From NCBI GenBank assembly GCA_963809485.1, contig CAWEJX010000020.1, positions 384,001 through 448,000 of the forward strand: a stretch of DNA of 64,000 bases. Reading direction: 5' to 3'. The DNA is from an uncultured Acidobacteriota bacterium. GTDB lineage: Bacteria; Acidobacteriota; UBA6911. Position 1 is the first letter of the stretch; every line of letters starts with the position of its first letter. Shown here one piece after another: positions 53,027 to 63,475 of this stretch. A program made the translations under genes and the position numbers. A model generated the notes under the pieces. The model did no database searches. It was not told where the DNA came from and saw only the letters and a program-made list of their open reading frames with translations.

Positions 53027-54718
53027 ATGAGACTGCGCGTGATAGTAATTGCACTTTTGTGTACCGGCCTGTTTTGCGGTCTGCAGGGCGCAGGCAACCA
53101 GGTCAGTGCGCAAGGAGAGAAGGCTGCACCGGTCGAGCAGAAAATCACGGTGCTAAATCCGCTGGGGACGCCGCCCCCTGTGGCGTTGAAGGCCAAGGCG
53201 GAGCGGCTGAATACGCTGGACGGCAAGACCATATACTTTGTAAATACGGGCTATATCGGGACTGATCGCCTCATGAGCGTCATGATGGATTGGTTCAAGG
53301 CCAACTATCCAAAAGCCAATGTCGAGTATAAAGTGAGCAAAGGCGGAATGACCGGCGTAGATAAGGCTTTGTGGGCGGAAATTGGTGAAAAAGCGGACGC
53401 CGCGATCCTCGGGTTGGGGCATTGAAGCGTCTGCGCGCCGGGGGCAGTTGCCCTCGCCATCAATATTGAGTCCACAATGAAAAAACCCGCAGTGCCTCTC
53501 CTCATTTATGATTTTGCCCAACAGGGATCCGAGGTCGCTTTAAGCAAGGGGATGCCCGGCCTCCGGATTCAATATTTTCGCGGTCCGGTCTGGGCCAAAA
53601 CGCCCGATCAACTCAGGAAGCAGATTGTCGATGGCAATAACCCGATCACCAAAAGGCCGGTGATGCAGGAATTGGTGGAAAAACTTACCAAACCCCTGAC
53701 TGCCGAAGAAAAGAAAACGGGGGAGATTAAACGGGATAAGGGGCCGGCGACTTTTACCGGCACTCCGAGAGAACTTCAGAAGATGTTCCTGGAAAAGAGA
53801 TTCACGGACTTTCTGCCCGTCATCCTGCCGACGGAAGGCCTGGTGGATGAGATGCTGAAAGCCACCAGCCACCAACCCGACGAAGTGCTCGGCAAAATGA
53901 ATCCCGGATCCGAGGCCGGCGAGACATGGACCTATACGGTAAGGGACGCGGCTGTCAACGCAGTTATGGCAGGCGCCAAACCGGAATATTTCCCGATCAT
54001 TCTGGCCCTCGGTTCGACGGGCATGACGGCGGTTAATGTCTCCGATAACGGATTTATGGCGGGCGCCGTAATCAATGGCTCCATCCGCGATGAAATCGGG
54101 CTCAATTACGAGATTGGCGCCGTGGGCCCCTATGCACACGCCAATACGACCATCGGAAGGGCCTGGCACCTGCTGTCCATTAACGGAGGGAATTGCGGAA
54201 AAGTCGGGACTACCTACATGGGCACCATAGGCAATGCCATGAATCTGATTGGCGTTATCATCGCCGAGAATGAGCGGGATTCTCCGTTTCAGCCTCTTTC
54301 TGTAAGGCGGGGATTCAAGCCCGGCGAAAGCGTCGTCACCCCCTTCATCGGGTGGGGCATTCTTTCCGCCAAGAACTGGAAAGCCAATGTCTGGGGCCCG
54401 AACATGGATTACCCCAAGATCGCCAAGGACATCTACAACACTCAGGATATGATGTTCGGTACTTGCATTGTCCTGAGTCCCCCGATTGCCAATTTCATCA
54501 AAGATGCCGGGTATGATACGGTGGAGAAATTCACCCAATGGGTCACAACGCCGGAAGGAGGCGCTGCCGCTCCTGCGCCTGCTCCCAAAGGCCCTGGAGG
54601 CTTCGGCATGCCCGGCGGCAATGTCACTGTGGTTGTTACCGGTGGGTCCAACAACAACTACTGGAGCATCGGCGGCATGCGGCCCTCTCAGTCGGTCCAG
54701 ATCGACAAGTGGCGGTAG
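53027..54718 (+). CDS. UGSC-family selenoprotein (Sec at TGA 53423-53425), with signal peptide
   Basis: ORFs 52880-53425 and 53477-54718 share a frame. Read-through gives ILGLGH-U-SVCAP (UxxC); downstream TDFLPVILPT, AVNAVMAGAKPEYFP, ANTTIGRA. Confidence 0.85.
53434..53458 (+). promoter_or_regulatory. Candidate bacterial SECIS hairpin
   Basis: GGGCA-GT-TGCCC core with a G-containing apical loop about 20 nt after the UGA. Confidence 0.55.
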
Positions 54719-54921
54719 TTGTCGGCGAAAGTCACAGGCGGCAGTGTCGGTGCACTGCCGCCTGCACAACGGGCTGCCTGCCGGCCGGCAGGGCTAGTGA
54801 CGAAGTATTTGCTGCAGCTTCAGATTCGCGCAGAACGCCGGGGCAAACCATCTGCCCGCGTCACGGCCATGAGCGCCCGACGAAGACCAACGTCAGGCGC
54901 AACGGACATGAAAGAATGGCC

Positions 54922-56262
54922 CTAATCCCGTCCGGCGCTGCCATAATCCTTCAGCCGATATTGAAGTGTGCGCAGGCTGATTCCCAGCTCTTCAGCAGCC
55001 GCTTTCCGGTCTCCGTTGTTTCGGGCGAGTGATTCGAGAATTGCGGTCCTTTCAACCTGTGCGAGCAGCCCGGCTTTCCCCGGTTTTGAGCTCCCGGCTT
55101 CGCGCCTTAGCGGCAAATCATCGATTTCAATCACTCCGGGCTGCGAGACAATCATGGCGCGTTCGATCGCGTTCGCCAGTTCCCGGGCGTTCCCCGGCCA
55201 ATCGTGGCTAAGCAGCAATTCCAAGGCTTCCTGGCTTATGGCGGGTTTCAGTTTCCCCATACGTGCCGAAATCCTCATGAGGAACGATTCCGCCAGTGGA
55301 AGGATATCGTCCCGCCGCTCGCGCAAAGGGGGCAAGGGAATAGGAAAGACGTTGAGCCTATAGAACAGATCTTCGCGGAAGGACTTGTTCGCAATGGATT
55401 GATGGAGATCCTTGTTTGTTGCTGCAATCACGCGTACATCCACCGTAATAGTCCGTTCCCCCCCGATGCGTTCGAACTGCTGCTCCTGGAGTACGCGCAA
55501 AAGCTTGGCCTGTAAACCGGCTCCCATCTCGGCAATTTCATCCAGGAAAAGAGTCCCTCCATCCGCCAGCTCGAAACGGCCGCGCCGGTTTTGAGTGGCT
55601 CCGGTAAAAGATCCTTTTTCATGGCCGAAAAGCTCGGATTCAAGCAGTGTTTCGGGAATTGCGGCGCAATTGACTGCAACGAAAGCATGCCCGCTGCGCG
55701 GACTCCGCCGATGAATGAATCGGGCTACTATTTCCTTGCCGCTTCCGGATTCGCCTGTCAGCAGGACCGTCGTGGGCTGCGCCGCCACCTGATTGGCAAG
55801 CTGGAAGACCCGTTTCATGCTCTCGCTCTCCGCAATCACATCCTGTGGGAGCGCAGCGTCCGTCTCTTCTTGATACAACTGACTTCGGTCACGCATCGTC
55901 CGACCGCGCAGAATTCTGCCCACAACCAGCCGCAGTTCTTCGGGACTTTTCAGGGGCTTTGTAAGATATTCCTCGGCGCCGAGCTTGATCGCCTCCACTG
56001 CCGTCTCGATAGAACCATAGGCCGTGAGCACAATAATTGGCGTCTCCGGCGATTTTTCCTGCATCCAGCGGATCAATTCAATACCGCTCATACCGGGCAT
56101 GCGTTCATCTGTTATTACCAGGCTGAAGCTTCGGTGCGACAGCAACTGAGAGGCTTCCATGCCGTTTGCAGCGGTCACAACCTCATAGTCCTTCGCAAGA
56201 GATCCGCTTAGGAACTGGCGTTGACCGGGCTCATCATCTACCGCGAGAATGCTGTATTTCAT
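54922..56262 (-). CDS. Sigma54-dependent response regulator (NtrC/AtoC/ZraR family)
   Basis: Receiver domain VDDE/TDERMP; GESGSGKE, GSFTGA, LFLDEI, WPGN, Fis-type HTH. Confidence 0.95.
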   Translation of the reverse strand: MKYSILAVDDEPGQRQFLSGSLAKDYEVVTAANGMEASQLLSHRSFSLVITDERMPGMSGIELIRWMQEKSPETPIIVLTAYGSIETAVEAIKLGAEEYLTKPLKSPEELRLVVGRILRGRTMRDRSQLYQEETDAALPQDVIAESESMKRVFQLANQVAAQPTTVLLTGESGSGKEIVARFIHRRSPRSGHAFVAVNCAAIPETLLESELFGHEKGSFTGATQNRRGRFELADGGTLFLDEIAEMGAGLQAKLLRVLQEQQFERIGGERTITVDVRVIAATNKDLHQSIANKSFREDLFYRLNVFPIPLPPLRERRDDILPLAESFLMRISARMGKLKPAISQEALELLLSHDWPGNARELANAIERAMIVSQPGVIEIDDLPLRREAGSSKPGKAGLLAQVERTAILESLARNNGDRKAAAEELGISLRTLQYRLKDYGSAGRD

Positions 56263-56313
56263 TGCTTCGCCTATAAAGAAACTGAAAATCCCGAAAGCGG
56301 GATCGATCGGCTG

Positions 56314-57603
56314 TCAGGCCATCGGGATTATGATGGAACAACGCGCTCCCCCTTGAGGCAGGTTTTCCAGATTCAACCTGCCGCCGAGGCTTTCGACAAT
56401 CTGTTTTGATACCGCGAGTCCCAATCCTGTCCCGCGCACTTTGGTTGTCACGAACGGCTGGAACAGTTCGTCCGAGGTTTTTGAACCCAGTCCCGCACCG
56501 GCATCATCGACTTGAATGATCAGCAACTTGTCATCAGCCTTGCGCACTGCAGTCAAACCAACAATCCCGTTGGCCGGACTGGCATCGATCGCGTTCATAA
56601 GCACATTCAGGAGGATCTGGCGAAGGCCCGCGGGATCGGATCGCACATTAAGTGGATTGGCATTCAGAGACAGTTCAAGGGATGTGCTGGATGCCTCCAA
56701 TCGGGATTGCAGCATAGTTTTGAGGTCCGACAGTAATTCCGCCAGGTTGAATTCGCTGACCTGGGGCTCTTTCTTTCGCGCGAAACCCAGCAAATCGGTC
56801 ACCAGTTTCTCCAGGCGCTCCGCTTCGTTCACCACGGTTCGCAGCTGCCTTTGGGCGGAATGGTTCACAGGCAGTTCTTCCTGGGCCAGCTGAGTCAATC
56901 CCTTCATCGCGCCCAGAGGGTTCCGGATTTCATGTGCCAAGGATGCAGCCATGGTCCCCAGGGCCTTCAACTGAACCTCCGCCGCCTCATGAGCCTTCAA
57001 TTCCATAAAGCGGCTCAGCATGCGCATGAGATAGATTGAAAGAACGACGAGCGCCACAATTGCCAGTCCCGAGACCGCGAGCTGTATGTAGGCCATCCGT
57101 CGTATGAAATCTGCATCTGCCGAATAAAGGCCCATGCGTATGCGCCAGCCGGTTGTTGTGTGACCGGTTTCGCCGCGGAGGTTGCGAGGAGGCGGCAGCG
57201 CCTCTTCGAAATAAAATATCCCGCTCGCTTTAGTCCCTGCTGATTCCGGAGATGCCGTGGTCGCTCTGCCCACCCTTGCAAGAAAATTGCCGTCCTGATC
57301 CACAAGGGCCAGAAAAGCCGCAGAAGCCGAATAGGTTTCGTGGTTGGCTTCCAGAACGGACTGCCAGTATGCGGGATTATTCCGTCTCCCCGGCCCGCGC
57401 ACCTGAGCCTCAATCGCAGAGGCAATCTCGTGTCCCCGCTGGGAGAGATAGGAGGCTCGAAGGCGGGAAAGCGTCGCCAATGTGAAAAGCGCGCTTGTCA
57501 GAAGCCCGAGGCACAAGGCACAAACCACAATAACAATCAGCCGGCGCGGGGCCGAATTGATCGTATTGTATCTGCTAATGGAAGGTGAGGCCGTCATGAG
57601 CAC
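56314..57603 (-). CDS. Sensor histidine kinase
   Basis: Two TM helices; LAHEIRNPL, NAIDA, DAGAG, GTGLGL. Confidence 0.95.
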   Translation of the reverse strand: MLMTASPSISRYNTINSAPRRLIVIVVCALCLGLLTSALFTLATLSRLRASYLSQRGHEIASAIEAQVRGPGRRNNPAYWQSVLEANHETYSASAAFLALVDQDGNFLARVGRATTASPESAGTKASGIFYFEEALPPPRNLRGETGHTTTGWRIRMGLYSADADFIRRMAYIQLAVSGLAIVALVVLSIYLMRMLSRFMELKAHEAAEVQLKALGTMAASLAHEIRNPLGAMKGLTQLAQEELPVNHSAQRQLRTVVNEAERLEKLVTDLLGFARKKEPQVSEFNLAELLSDLKTMLQSRLEASSTSLELSLNANPLNVRSDPAGLRQILLNVLMNAIDASPANGIVGLTAVRKADDKLLIIQVDDAGAGLGSKTSDELFQPFVTTKVRGTGLGLAVSKQIVESLGGRLNLENLPQGGARCSIIIPMA

Positions 57604-57869
57604 AACACCCGATGGATATTACCCATGATGCGCCGAATGATTTGCCTGCTCATGAGAGTAGATCCGCTCCTGACCCCCAAAATAGGAATCTTAAAACAGT
57701 TCGGCGCCGACACTTGGCTGCCCTTATCCTTTTAATAAACATTCCTTTATTCAATAAGCAAGAAATATTCCGCATCGCACCAAACTATTACTTGAGGTCC
57801 ATTCTCTTTGAATTATTGGTTTTGGCCGACGCATGCCCTTACCCGGCTTTTTCAAGCATTGTGTCTAAG

Positions 57870-57995
57870 TGCAGCTTCTGCATCTATGCTGCAGAAGCTG
57901 CAGCGGATCCTTTGCCGGATTATGGCTTCGTTTCTCCCAAGCAGTTGATTATGCATCACATGCATATCCGATCTGAAACGGGAACAGATCTTGCA
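57870..57995 (+). promoter_or_regulatory. Putative sigma54 promoter with upstream activator sites
   Basis: GGGAACAGATCTTGCA (GG-N10-GC) at 57980-57995; TGCAGCTTCTGCA (57870) and its exact reverse complement TGCAGAAGCTGCA (57890) about 100 bp upstream. Confidence 0.6.
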
Positions 57996-58058
57996 GCACA
58001 GCCGTTGTGTGAAAGCAAAAAACGAACGGGTATCAACCCTATGCAATGGAGCAAAACA

Positions 58059-58652
58059 ATGAAGCTTGTCAAAACCTTTATCGTACTGTGCCTGATTGTG
58101 ATTGTTGCAGCACCCTTAATGGCTCAAAACGGCCCGGGGAGGCGTAATGGATGCCAAAATGGCGGCGCAAACTGCCCGCTGGCGCAAACAGCCTTAGCTG
58201 TTCAACCCCTGAGTTCAGAGGAAGCGGCCCATCTTCTATATATGAGAGAAGAGGAAAAGCTTGCGTTGGACATCTACCAGGCTCTTTATTCAAAATGGGA
58301 TGTGCGGATTTTCAGCAATATCGCCGCCAGCGAGCAACGCCATTTTAACGCCCTCGGGACCCTTATCCGCCGCTATGGGCTGCCTGATCCGGCGCAAACG
58401 GCGGCAGGAGTCTTCACCAATCCCGACCTTCAGAAGCTCTATAACGACCTGCTGACCGATGGCGGGCTTACTCTTATGGATGCGCTGCAGGCAGGGGTAA
58501 CTATCGAGGAGACGGACATCGAGGATCTGACAGCCGCAATCGCAGCCACGCATAATAGAGACTTCCTGACGGTTTATGGGAACCTGCTTAATGGATCCGT
58601 GAACCATCTTTCAGCCTTCAGTAGTCATATTGAAGCCGTAAACTTCAGGTAA
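58059..58652 (+). CDS. Exported DUF2202 (ferritin-like) protein
   Basis: Signal peptide; LLYMREEEKLALDIY, FSNIAASEQRH, IEETDIEDL, GSVNHLSAF. Confidence 0.85.
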   Translation: MKLVKTFIVLCLIVIVAAPLMAQNGPGRRNGCQNGGANCPLAQTALAVQPLSSEEAAHLLYMREEEKLALDIYQALYSKWDVRIFSNIAASEQRHFNALGTLIRRYGLPDPAQTAAGVFTNPDLQKLYNDLLTDGGLTLMDALQAGVTIEETDIEDLTAAIAATHNRDFLTVYGNLLNGSVNHLSAFSSHIEAVNFR

Positions 58653-58844
58653 TGCTTTGCCTCGGAAATGCGGATGGATTGTATTGCAGACGCCGGCGAG
58701 GCGCCCGCGGCAGATTTGGGACTCCGCCAGGAGTCCCGAAACTGCTGAGGATCCAGGAGAAAAAGGAGTGAGACCCAATGGCCGGCGAGTCGTCTATACA
58801 ATTTTCCAGGTCTTAAGGCTCGAGCTGCCATGATTAATGTTTGA

Positions 58845-59150
58845 GGGCTGAACCAGGGTCAGCTCATTCAACAACAAGCCCATATTCGGAATCAGATCCG
58901 GCAAATGGAACAGGAACATGAACGCATGATGAGCGACCTGGATGCGAATCAACAACAAGCCTGGCAGGAGCAAATCCGGAATATGAATCAGCTGCGTCAG
59001 CAGCTGAATCTGCAGCAGCAACAGATGGAGGATGAAGCAAAAGGCAATCCCGATGCAAAGCGCGTTGCCGAACGCGCGCGAGCAGTGGAGAGAACGATGG
59101 ATGAGTGGAGGAAGCAATACGGCGTTCTCTCTTCCCAGGCGGAGCTTTGA
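58845..59150 (+). pseudogene. Gln-rich coiled-coil ORF, probably the C-terminal remnant of a longer gene
   Basis: Coding-like frame begins right after a TGA (GLNQGQLIQQQ...MEQEHERMM...) with no clear RBS or signal peptide. Confidence 0.45.
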
Positions 59151-59352
59151 TCCAAACCTGATCGGGGGTGATTCCCTTTCACGAGACAGCCCTGAATCCG
59201 GCCTTGCCTCAAAGGAAGGGCAATAATGTGTGGCGTTGAGCTGGTAGCAAGGCCGGCCCATCTTCCCATTCGCGAGTTTTCCTTTATAGCCAACTATAGT
59301 ATTATCTTCAGGGTAGCGTCCAAGCTCGATTACGGCTCCGAGCCGGATTGAT

Positions 59353-61542
59353 ATGCAAGCCTATTCTCGAAGGAAATTCCTGAAAATCTCAGGCGCCGTC
59401 GTAGGCGGTGCAGCCGTTACCGCAACTAAAAGGGTGCTGGCCGGCAAGGAGATCATCTCCGGATCCGGCATCCAGATGATTCCTACTTTCTGTGATATCT
59501 GTTTCTGGAAGTGCGGCGCTATCGCCTATGTCAAAGATGGAGAGCTGTGGAAGGTAGAGGGTAATCCGCTGGATCCTCTCAGCCGGGGACGGCTGTGCCC
59601 GAGAGGCACAGGAGGCATTGGCGCCCATTTCGATCCTGACCGTTTACGGGCTCCTCTCATGCGCAGGCGCAAGCGCGGTGACGAAGAGTGGACTGCAGTT
59701 ACATGGGACGAAGCCCTCAACTCCGTTGCGGAGAAGATGCAGAAGATAAAGGCTGAATATGGGCCGGAAGCCCTTGCTCTTTTCTCCCATGGCATCGGCG
59801 GGACTTTTCTCAGACACGCATTGAAGGCCTATGGCGTGATAAACATCGCCGCCCCATCCTTTGCACAGTGCAGAGGACCGCGAGATGTCGGATTCAAGCT
59901 TACCTTTGGAGAAGACGTAAGCTCGCCGGAAAGAACCGATATCCGTAACGCAGACTGCCTTGTGCTCATCGGGTCTCACCTGGGCGAGAACATGCACAAC
60001 ACGCAGGTGCAGGAATTTGCAGAAGCGGTCGGCAGGGGCGCCAGCATCATTGTTGCAGATCCCCGATTCTCTGTAGCCGCGGGGAAAGCGAAGTTTTATC
60101 TCCCGATACGGCCGGGGACCGATCTTGCTCTCCTGCTGGCATGGATGCAAGTACTGGTGGCCGAAAACCTTTACGACAAAGAATATGTCGCGAAGCATGG
60201 CTTTGGCTTCGAGCAGTTTGCCGCATCCGTTGCATCGTGCACACCCGAATGGGCTTATCCGGAAACAGGCATTGAGCCGGAATTGATCCGCTCAACCGCA
60301 CGGGAGATGGCCCGGTGCAAACCTGCCACGCTGGTGCATCCGGGCCGCCATGTCACATGGTACGGGGATGATGCTCAACGCAGCCGCGCCATAGCTCTGT
60401 TGAACGCCTTGCTGGGCAGTTGGGGGCGCAAAGGCGGATTTTATTACCCGGTCAGCATGGACGTTCCCGGTTACGCCTATCCGGAATATCCGAAAGCGCA
60501 AAAGGACAAGGCCGATAATCCCGGGGGGAAATATCCTTTCGCCGACGAGTCAATCACCACCGGAATCCGCGAAGCGACCCGGTCTGGAAAACCCTATACA
60601 ATCAAGGGATGGTTCGTCTACGCAACAAACCTTATGGAGGCGCTGCCGAATGCGCAGGAAACCATACAGGCGATGCAGAACCTGGACCTGATGGTGGTCG
60701 TGGATGTGATCCCCAGTGAAATTGCCGGCTGGGCCGACGTGGTTTTGCCGGAATCCGTTTATCTCGAACGGCACGATGATCTGAATGTCGAATGGTTTCG
60801 CGAACCTTTTGTCGCTCTGCGCCAGCCTGTGGTCCATTCTCCTCATGATCAGAAACCCAACTGGTGGATCGCGCGAACGCTGGCGAACAAGCTGGGACTC
60901 GGGAACTATTTCCCTTGGAAAGACATCGAGGAATATCTCGATCACAGGCTTTCAGCCGCAGGACTGAGCTTCGATGAGCTGAAGAAGAAAGGCATCATCC
61001 GCGGCGCTAAGCAACCCGTTTATTTTGACGAGGGCGTTCCGGACCACTTTTCCACCCCATCAGGGAAAATCGAGTTCTATTCCCTGCAGCTCGAGAAGGC
61101 TGGTATGGCTCCGGTACCGCAATACAAGCGTCCCGCGGATGGCCCGTCAGGGTATCTCCGGTTGCTTTACGGCCGCGCCCCTGTTCACTCTTTCAGCCGG
61201 ACTCAGTCCAATCCGATTCTGTCGGATGCAATGAGCGAAAATGCAGTTTGGGTACACCCGCAAGTCGCCAGGAGGCATGGAATTCAAAACGGAGTTCGCG
61301 TTCGTTTGAAAAACCAGGATGGCGTCCTCAGCAATCGTGTGCTCGTAAGAGTCACGGAGTGTATCCGGCCCGATTGCGTTTACCTGGTCCATGGATTTGG
61401 GCACACGGCCAAGGGCCTCAGGCATGCTTTCGGCAAAGGGGCGAGCGACGCCCAGTTGATCACCCGATACGCGACGGATCCTCTGATGGGAGGGACCGGA
61501 ATGAATGTCAATTTCGTAACCTTCGAGATCGAGGAGGTGTAA
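59353..61542 (+). CDS. psrA: Polysulfide/thiosulfate reductase catalytic Mo-bisPGD subunit (PsrA/PhsA)
   Basis: Tat signal SRRKFLK; CDICFWKC...LCPRG Fe-S motif; PSFAQCRG (Cys Mo ligand); GENMHNTQ. Confidence 0.88.
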   Translation: MQAYSRRKFLKISGAVVGGAAVTATKRVLAGKEIISGSGIQMIPTFCDICFWKCGAIAYVKDGELWKVEGNPLDPLSRGRLCPRGTGGIGAHFDPDRLRAPLMRRRKRGDEEWTAVTWDEALNSVAEKMQKIKAEYGPEALALFSHGIGGTFLRHALKAYGVINIAAPSFAQCRGPRDVGFKLTFGEDVSSPERTDIRNADCLVLIGSHLGENMHNTQVQEFAEAVGRGASIIVADPRFSVAAGKAKFYLPIRPGTDLALLLAWMQVLVAENLYDKEYVAKHGFGFEQFAASVASCTPEWAYPETGIEPELIRSTAREMARCKPATLVHPGRHVTWYGDDAQRSRAIALLNALLGSWGRKGGFYYPVSMDVPGYAYPEYPKAQKDKADNPGGKYPFADESITTGIREATRSGKPYTIKGWFVYATNLMEALPNAQETIQAMQNLDLMVVVDVIPSEIAGWADVVLPESVYLERHDDLNVEWFREPFVALRQPVVHSPHDQKPNWWIARTLANKLGLGNYFPWKDIEEYLDHRLSAAGLSFDELKKKGIIRGAKQPVYFDEGVPDHFSTPSGKIEFYSLQLEKAGMAPVPQYKRPADGPSGYLRLLYGRAPVHSFSRTQSNPILSDAMSENAVWVHPQVARRHGIQNGVRVRLKNQDGVLSNRVLVRVTECIRPDCVYLVHGFGHTAKGLRHAFGKGASDAQLITRYATDPLMGGTGMNVNFVTFEIEEV

Positions 61543-61544
61543 CC

Positions 61545-62084
61545 GTGGCCCGCTACGCCATGGTGATTGACACAAAAATATGTGTCGGCTGTATGGATTG
61601 CGTCGTGGCCTGCAAAGCCGAGAACCAGGTTCCCCGAGGTTTCGATCGCGACTGGATTGCCTATGACACAAAAGGAATCTACCCCACGCTGCGAATGGAG
61701 ATCCGCAGCGAGCGCTGCAATCATTGCGACAATCCGCCCTGCGTGTACTGCTGCCCGTGCGGAGCCAGCCATGTCCACGAGCGTGGCGGTGTTGTGCTTG
61801 TCTATCATGAGAAATGCGTGGGATGCAAAGCCTGCATGGCCGCGTGCCCCTACGATGCGCGCTTTGTGCATCCGGAGGGCTATGTGGATAAATGCACCTT
61901 CTGCATCCATCGCGTCGAAAAAGGAATGGACCCGGCCTGTGTTTCCGTATGCCCGACCCATTGCATGTATTTCGGGGATCTGGAGGATGCGAACAGCGAG
62001 GTCAGCCGATTACTCAACGAACGGCCCGGCCACCGGCTGCTGGATTCGGCGGGAACAAAGCCACAGATCTGGTACCTGGATTAG
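61545..62084 (+). CDS. psrB: 4x[4Fe-4S] electron-transfer subunit (PsrB/NrfC)
   Basis: CVGCMDCVVAC, CNHCDNPPC..CP, CVGCKACMAACP, CTFC...CP; GAGGAGG before GTG. Confidence 0.9.
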   Translation: MARYAMVIDTKICVGCMDCVVACKAENQVPRGFDRDWIAYDTKGIYPTLRMEIRSERCNHCDNPPCVYCCPCGASHVHERGGVVLVYHEKCVGCKACMAACPYDARFVHPEGYVDKCTFCIHRVEKGMDPACVSVCPTHCMYFGDLEDANSEVSRLLNERPGHRLLDSAGTKPQIWYLD

Positions 62085-62090
62085 GAGTCT

Positions 62091-62476
62091 AGTCAGGTAC
62101 CTCCGGCAGAGCCGGAGGAATGAAAGATTTGAACCGCTCAAAGCGGTTGGAGGAGTTACGCCGGTCTTGAACGCTGACTTACGCGGGCAAAAGCCGATGA
62201 GGCGCTTCCGATCCCCGCAGGGGCCAGCGCTCCGCGCTGGCCAGTTTTCTGCGGCGGCACTGTGGCAAGCGCCGTGCCGCAAGGAGATGAAGGGTATGAG
62301 AAACCGGGCGTTTGCCACAGTGCCGCCGCAGAAAACTCCATCGGAAGCGCCTCATCGGCTTTTGCTCGCCGACCCTCGCCGAACAAATCGGTGTTTGTCA
62401 GCGCTTTTGTCAGCGTTTCAAAATACGGAGCTGTCAAACTCTTTGAGTCCCCCGGCAGAGCCGGGGGGTTACCAAG
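62091..62476 (-). mobile_element. Non-autonomous IS200/IS605-like hairpin element, copy B (inside the psr operon)
   Basis: Near-identical to 14585-14980 but lacks one 10-bp unit. Confidence 0.8.
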
Positions 62477-62505
62477 GTAATTACCAAATCCCGGAGTAAC
62501 GCCCT

Positions 62506-63465
62506 GTGAACCCGATACGCGAACTCATCACAACCCGGCACAATGAATTGGTGGATCCTCTGCTGAAAGTCTGGGGGGTAGAGATCGCGATTTATCTCTT
62601 CCTCGGCGGCATGGTGGCCGGAATGATGGTTATCCTCGGCTATTTCCTTTTCAAGGGACGCCACAAGGAGCTTCGTTGCTCCTGTGCGCTTCTGCCCGGA
62701 TTGTGCATCGTTCTGCTGAGCGTCGGGATGCTGGCCTTGTTTTTGGATCTGGAGCACCGGTGGTATTTCTGGCGGATGTATCTCACCTTCAAACCGGCTT
62801 CTCCAATGTCCTGGGGGGCATGGATTCTGATGCTCGTTTACCCTGCCCTCCTGGCCGCAGCGTTTTTGCGCCTGCCGGATCTCATCAAAGATCTATTTCC
62901 GTCCTTGGGACGTGCCGTCGAAAAATCCCTGGCCAACGCGGCTTTTGTCAGGACCGTTGGGATTTCGAATATGGTTCTGGGTGCCATGTTGGGCATCTAT
63001 ACGGGGATTCTATTAAGCGCTCTGGGCGCTCGGCCGCTTTGGAACAGCTCCCTTCTGGGGCCGCTTTTTCTTGTCTCCGGGCTTTCTACCGCAGCGGCCT
63101 TTGTGCACCTGATTGCGCGGGACCCCTATGAACGCGTTTTGCTTGCCAAAGCCGACAATGGATTCCTGTCCATCGAGCTTTTCGTGATCTTCCTTTTTGC
63201 AATTGGCCTGCTCAGTTCGACGGATGTACACATCAACGCCGCCATGTTGATTCTCACCGGCCGTTTTGCGCCCCTCTTTCTGGTTCTCGTTGTGGGATTG
63301 GGAATTGTAGTCCCTCTGATCATTCAGTCTCTCGCGGTAAGTCATCGCATCAGGCACACACCCATAGCCCCTGTCATGGTGATTGCCGGCGGCTTTATCC
63401 TTCGCCTCGTCATTGTTTATGCGGGTCAGGCGAGTCACTGGAACGTAATCTCGGCACTGAAATAA
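62506..63465 (+). CDS. psrC: NrfD/PsrC membrane anchor
   Basis: WGVEIAIYLFLGG, LFLDL, SPMSWGAW, YTGILL...RPLWNS. Confidence 0.9.
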   Translation: MNPIRELITTRHNELVDPLLKVWGVEIAIYLFLGGMVAGMMVILGYFLFKGRHKELRCSCALLPGLCIVLLSVGMLALFLDLEHRWYFWRMYLTFKPASPMSWGAWILMLVYPALLAAAFLRLPDLIKDLFPSLGRAVEKSLANAAFVRTVGISNMVLGAMLGIYTGILLSALGARPLWNSSLLGPLFLVSGLSTAAAFVHLIARDPYERVLLAKADNGFLSIELFVIFLFAIGLLSSTDVHINAAMLILTGRFAPLFLVLVVGLGIVVPLIIQSLAVSHRIRHTPIAPVMVIAGGFILRLVIVYAGQASHWNVISALK

Positions 63466-63475
63466 GGAGATGTCG

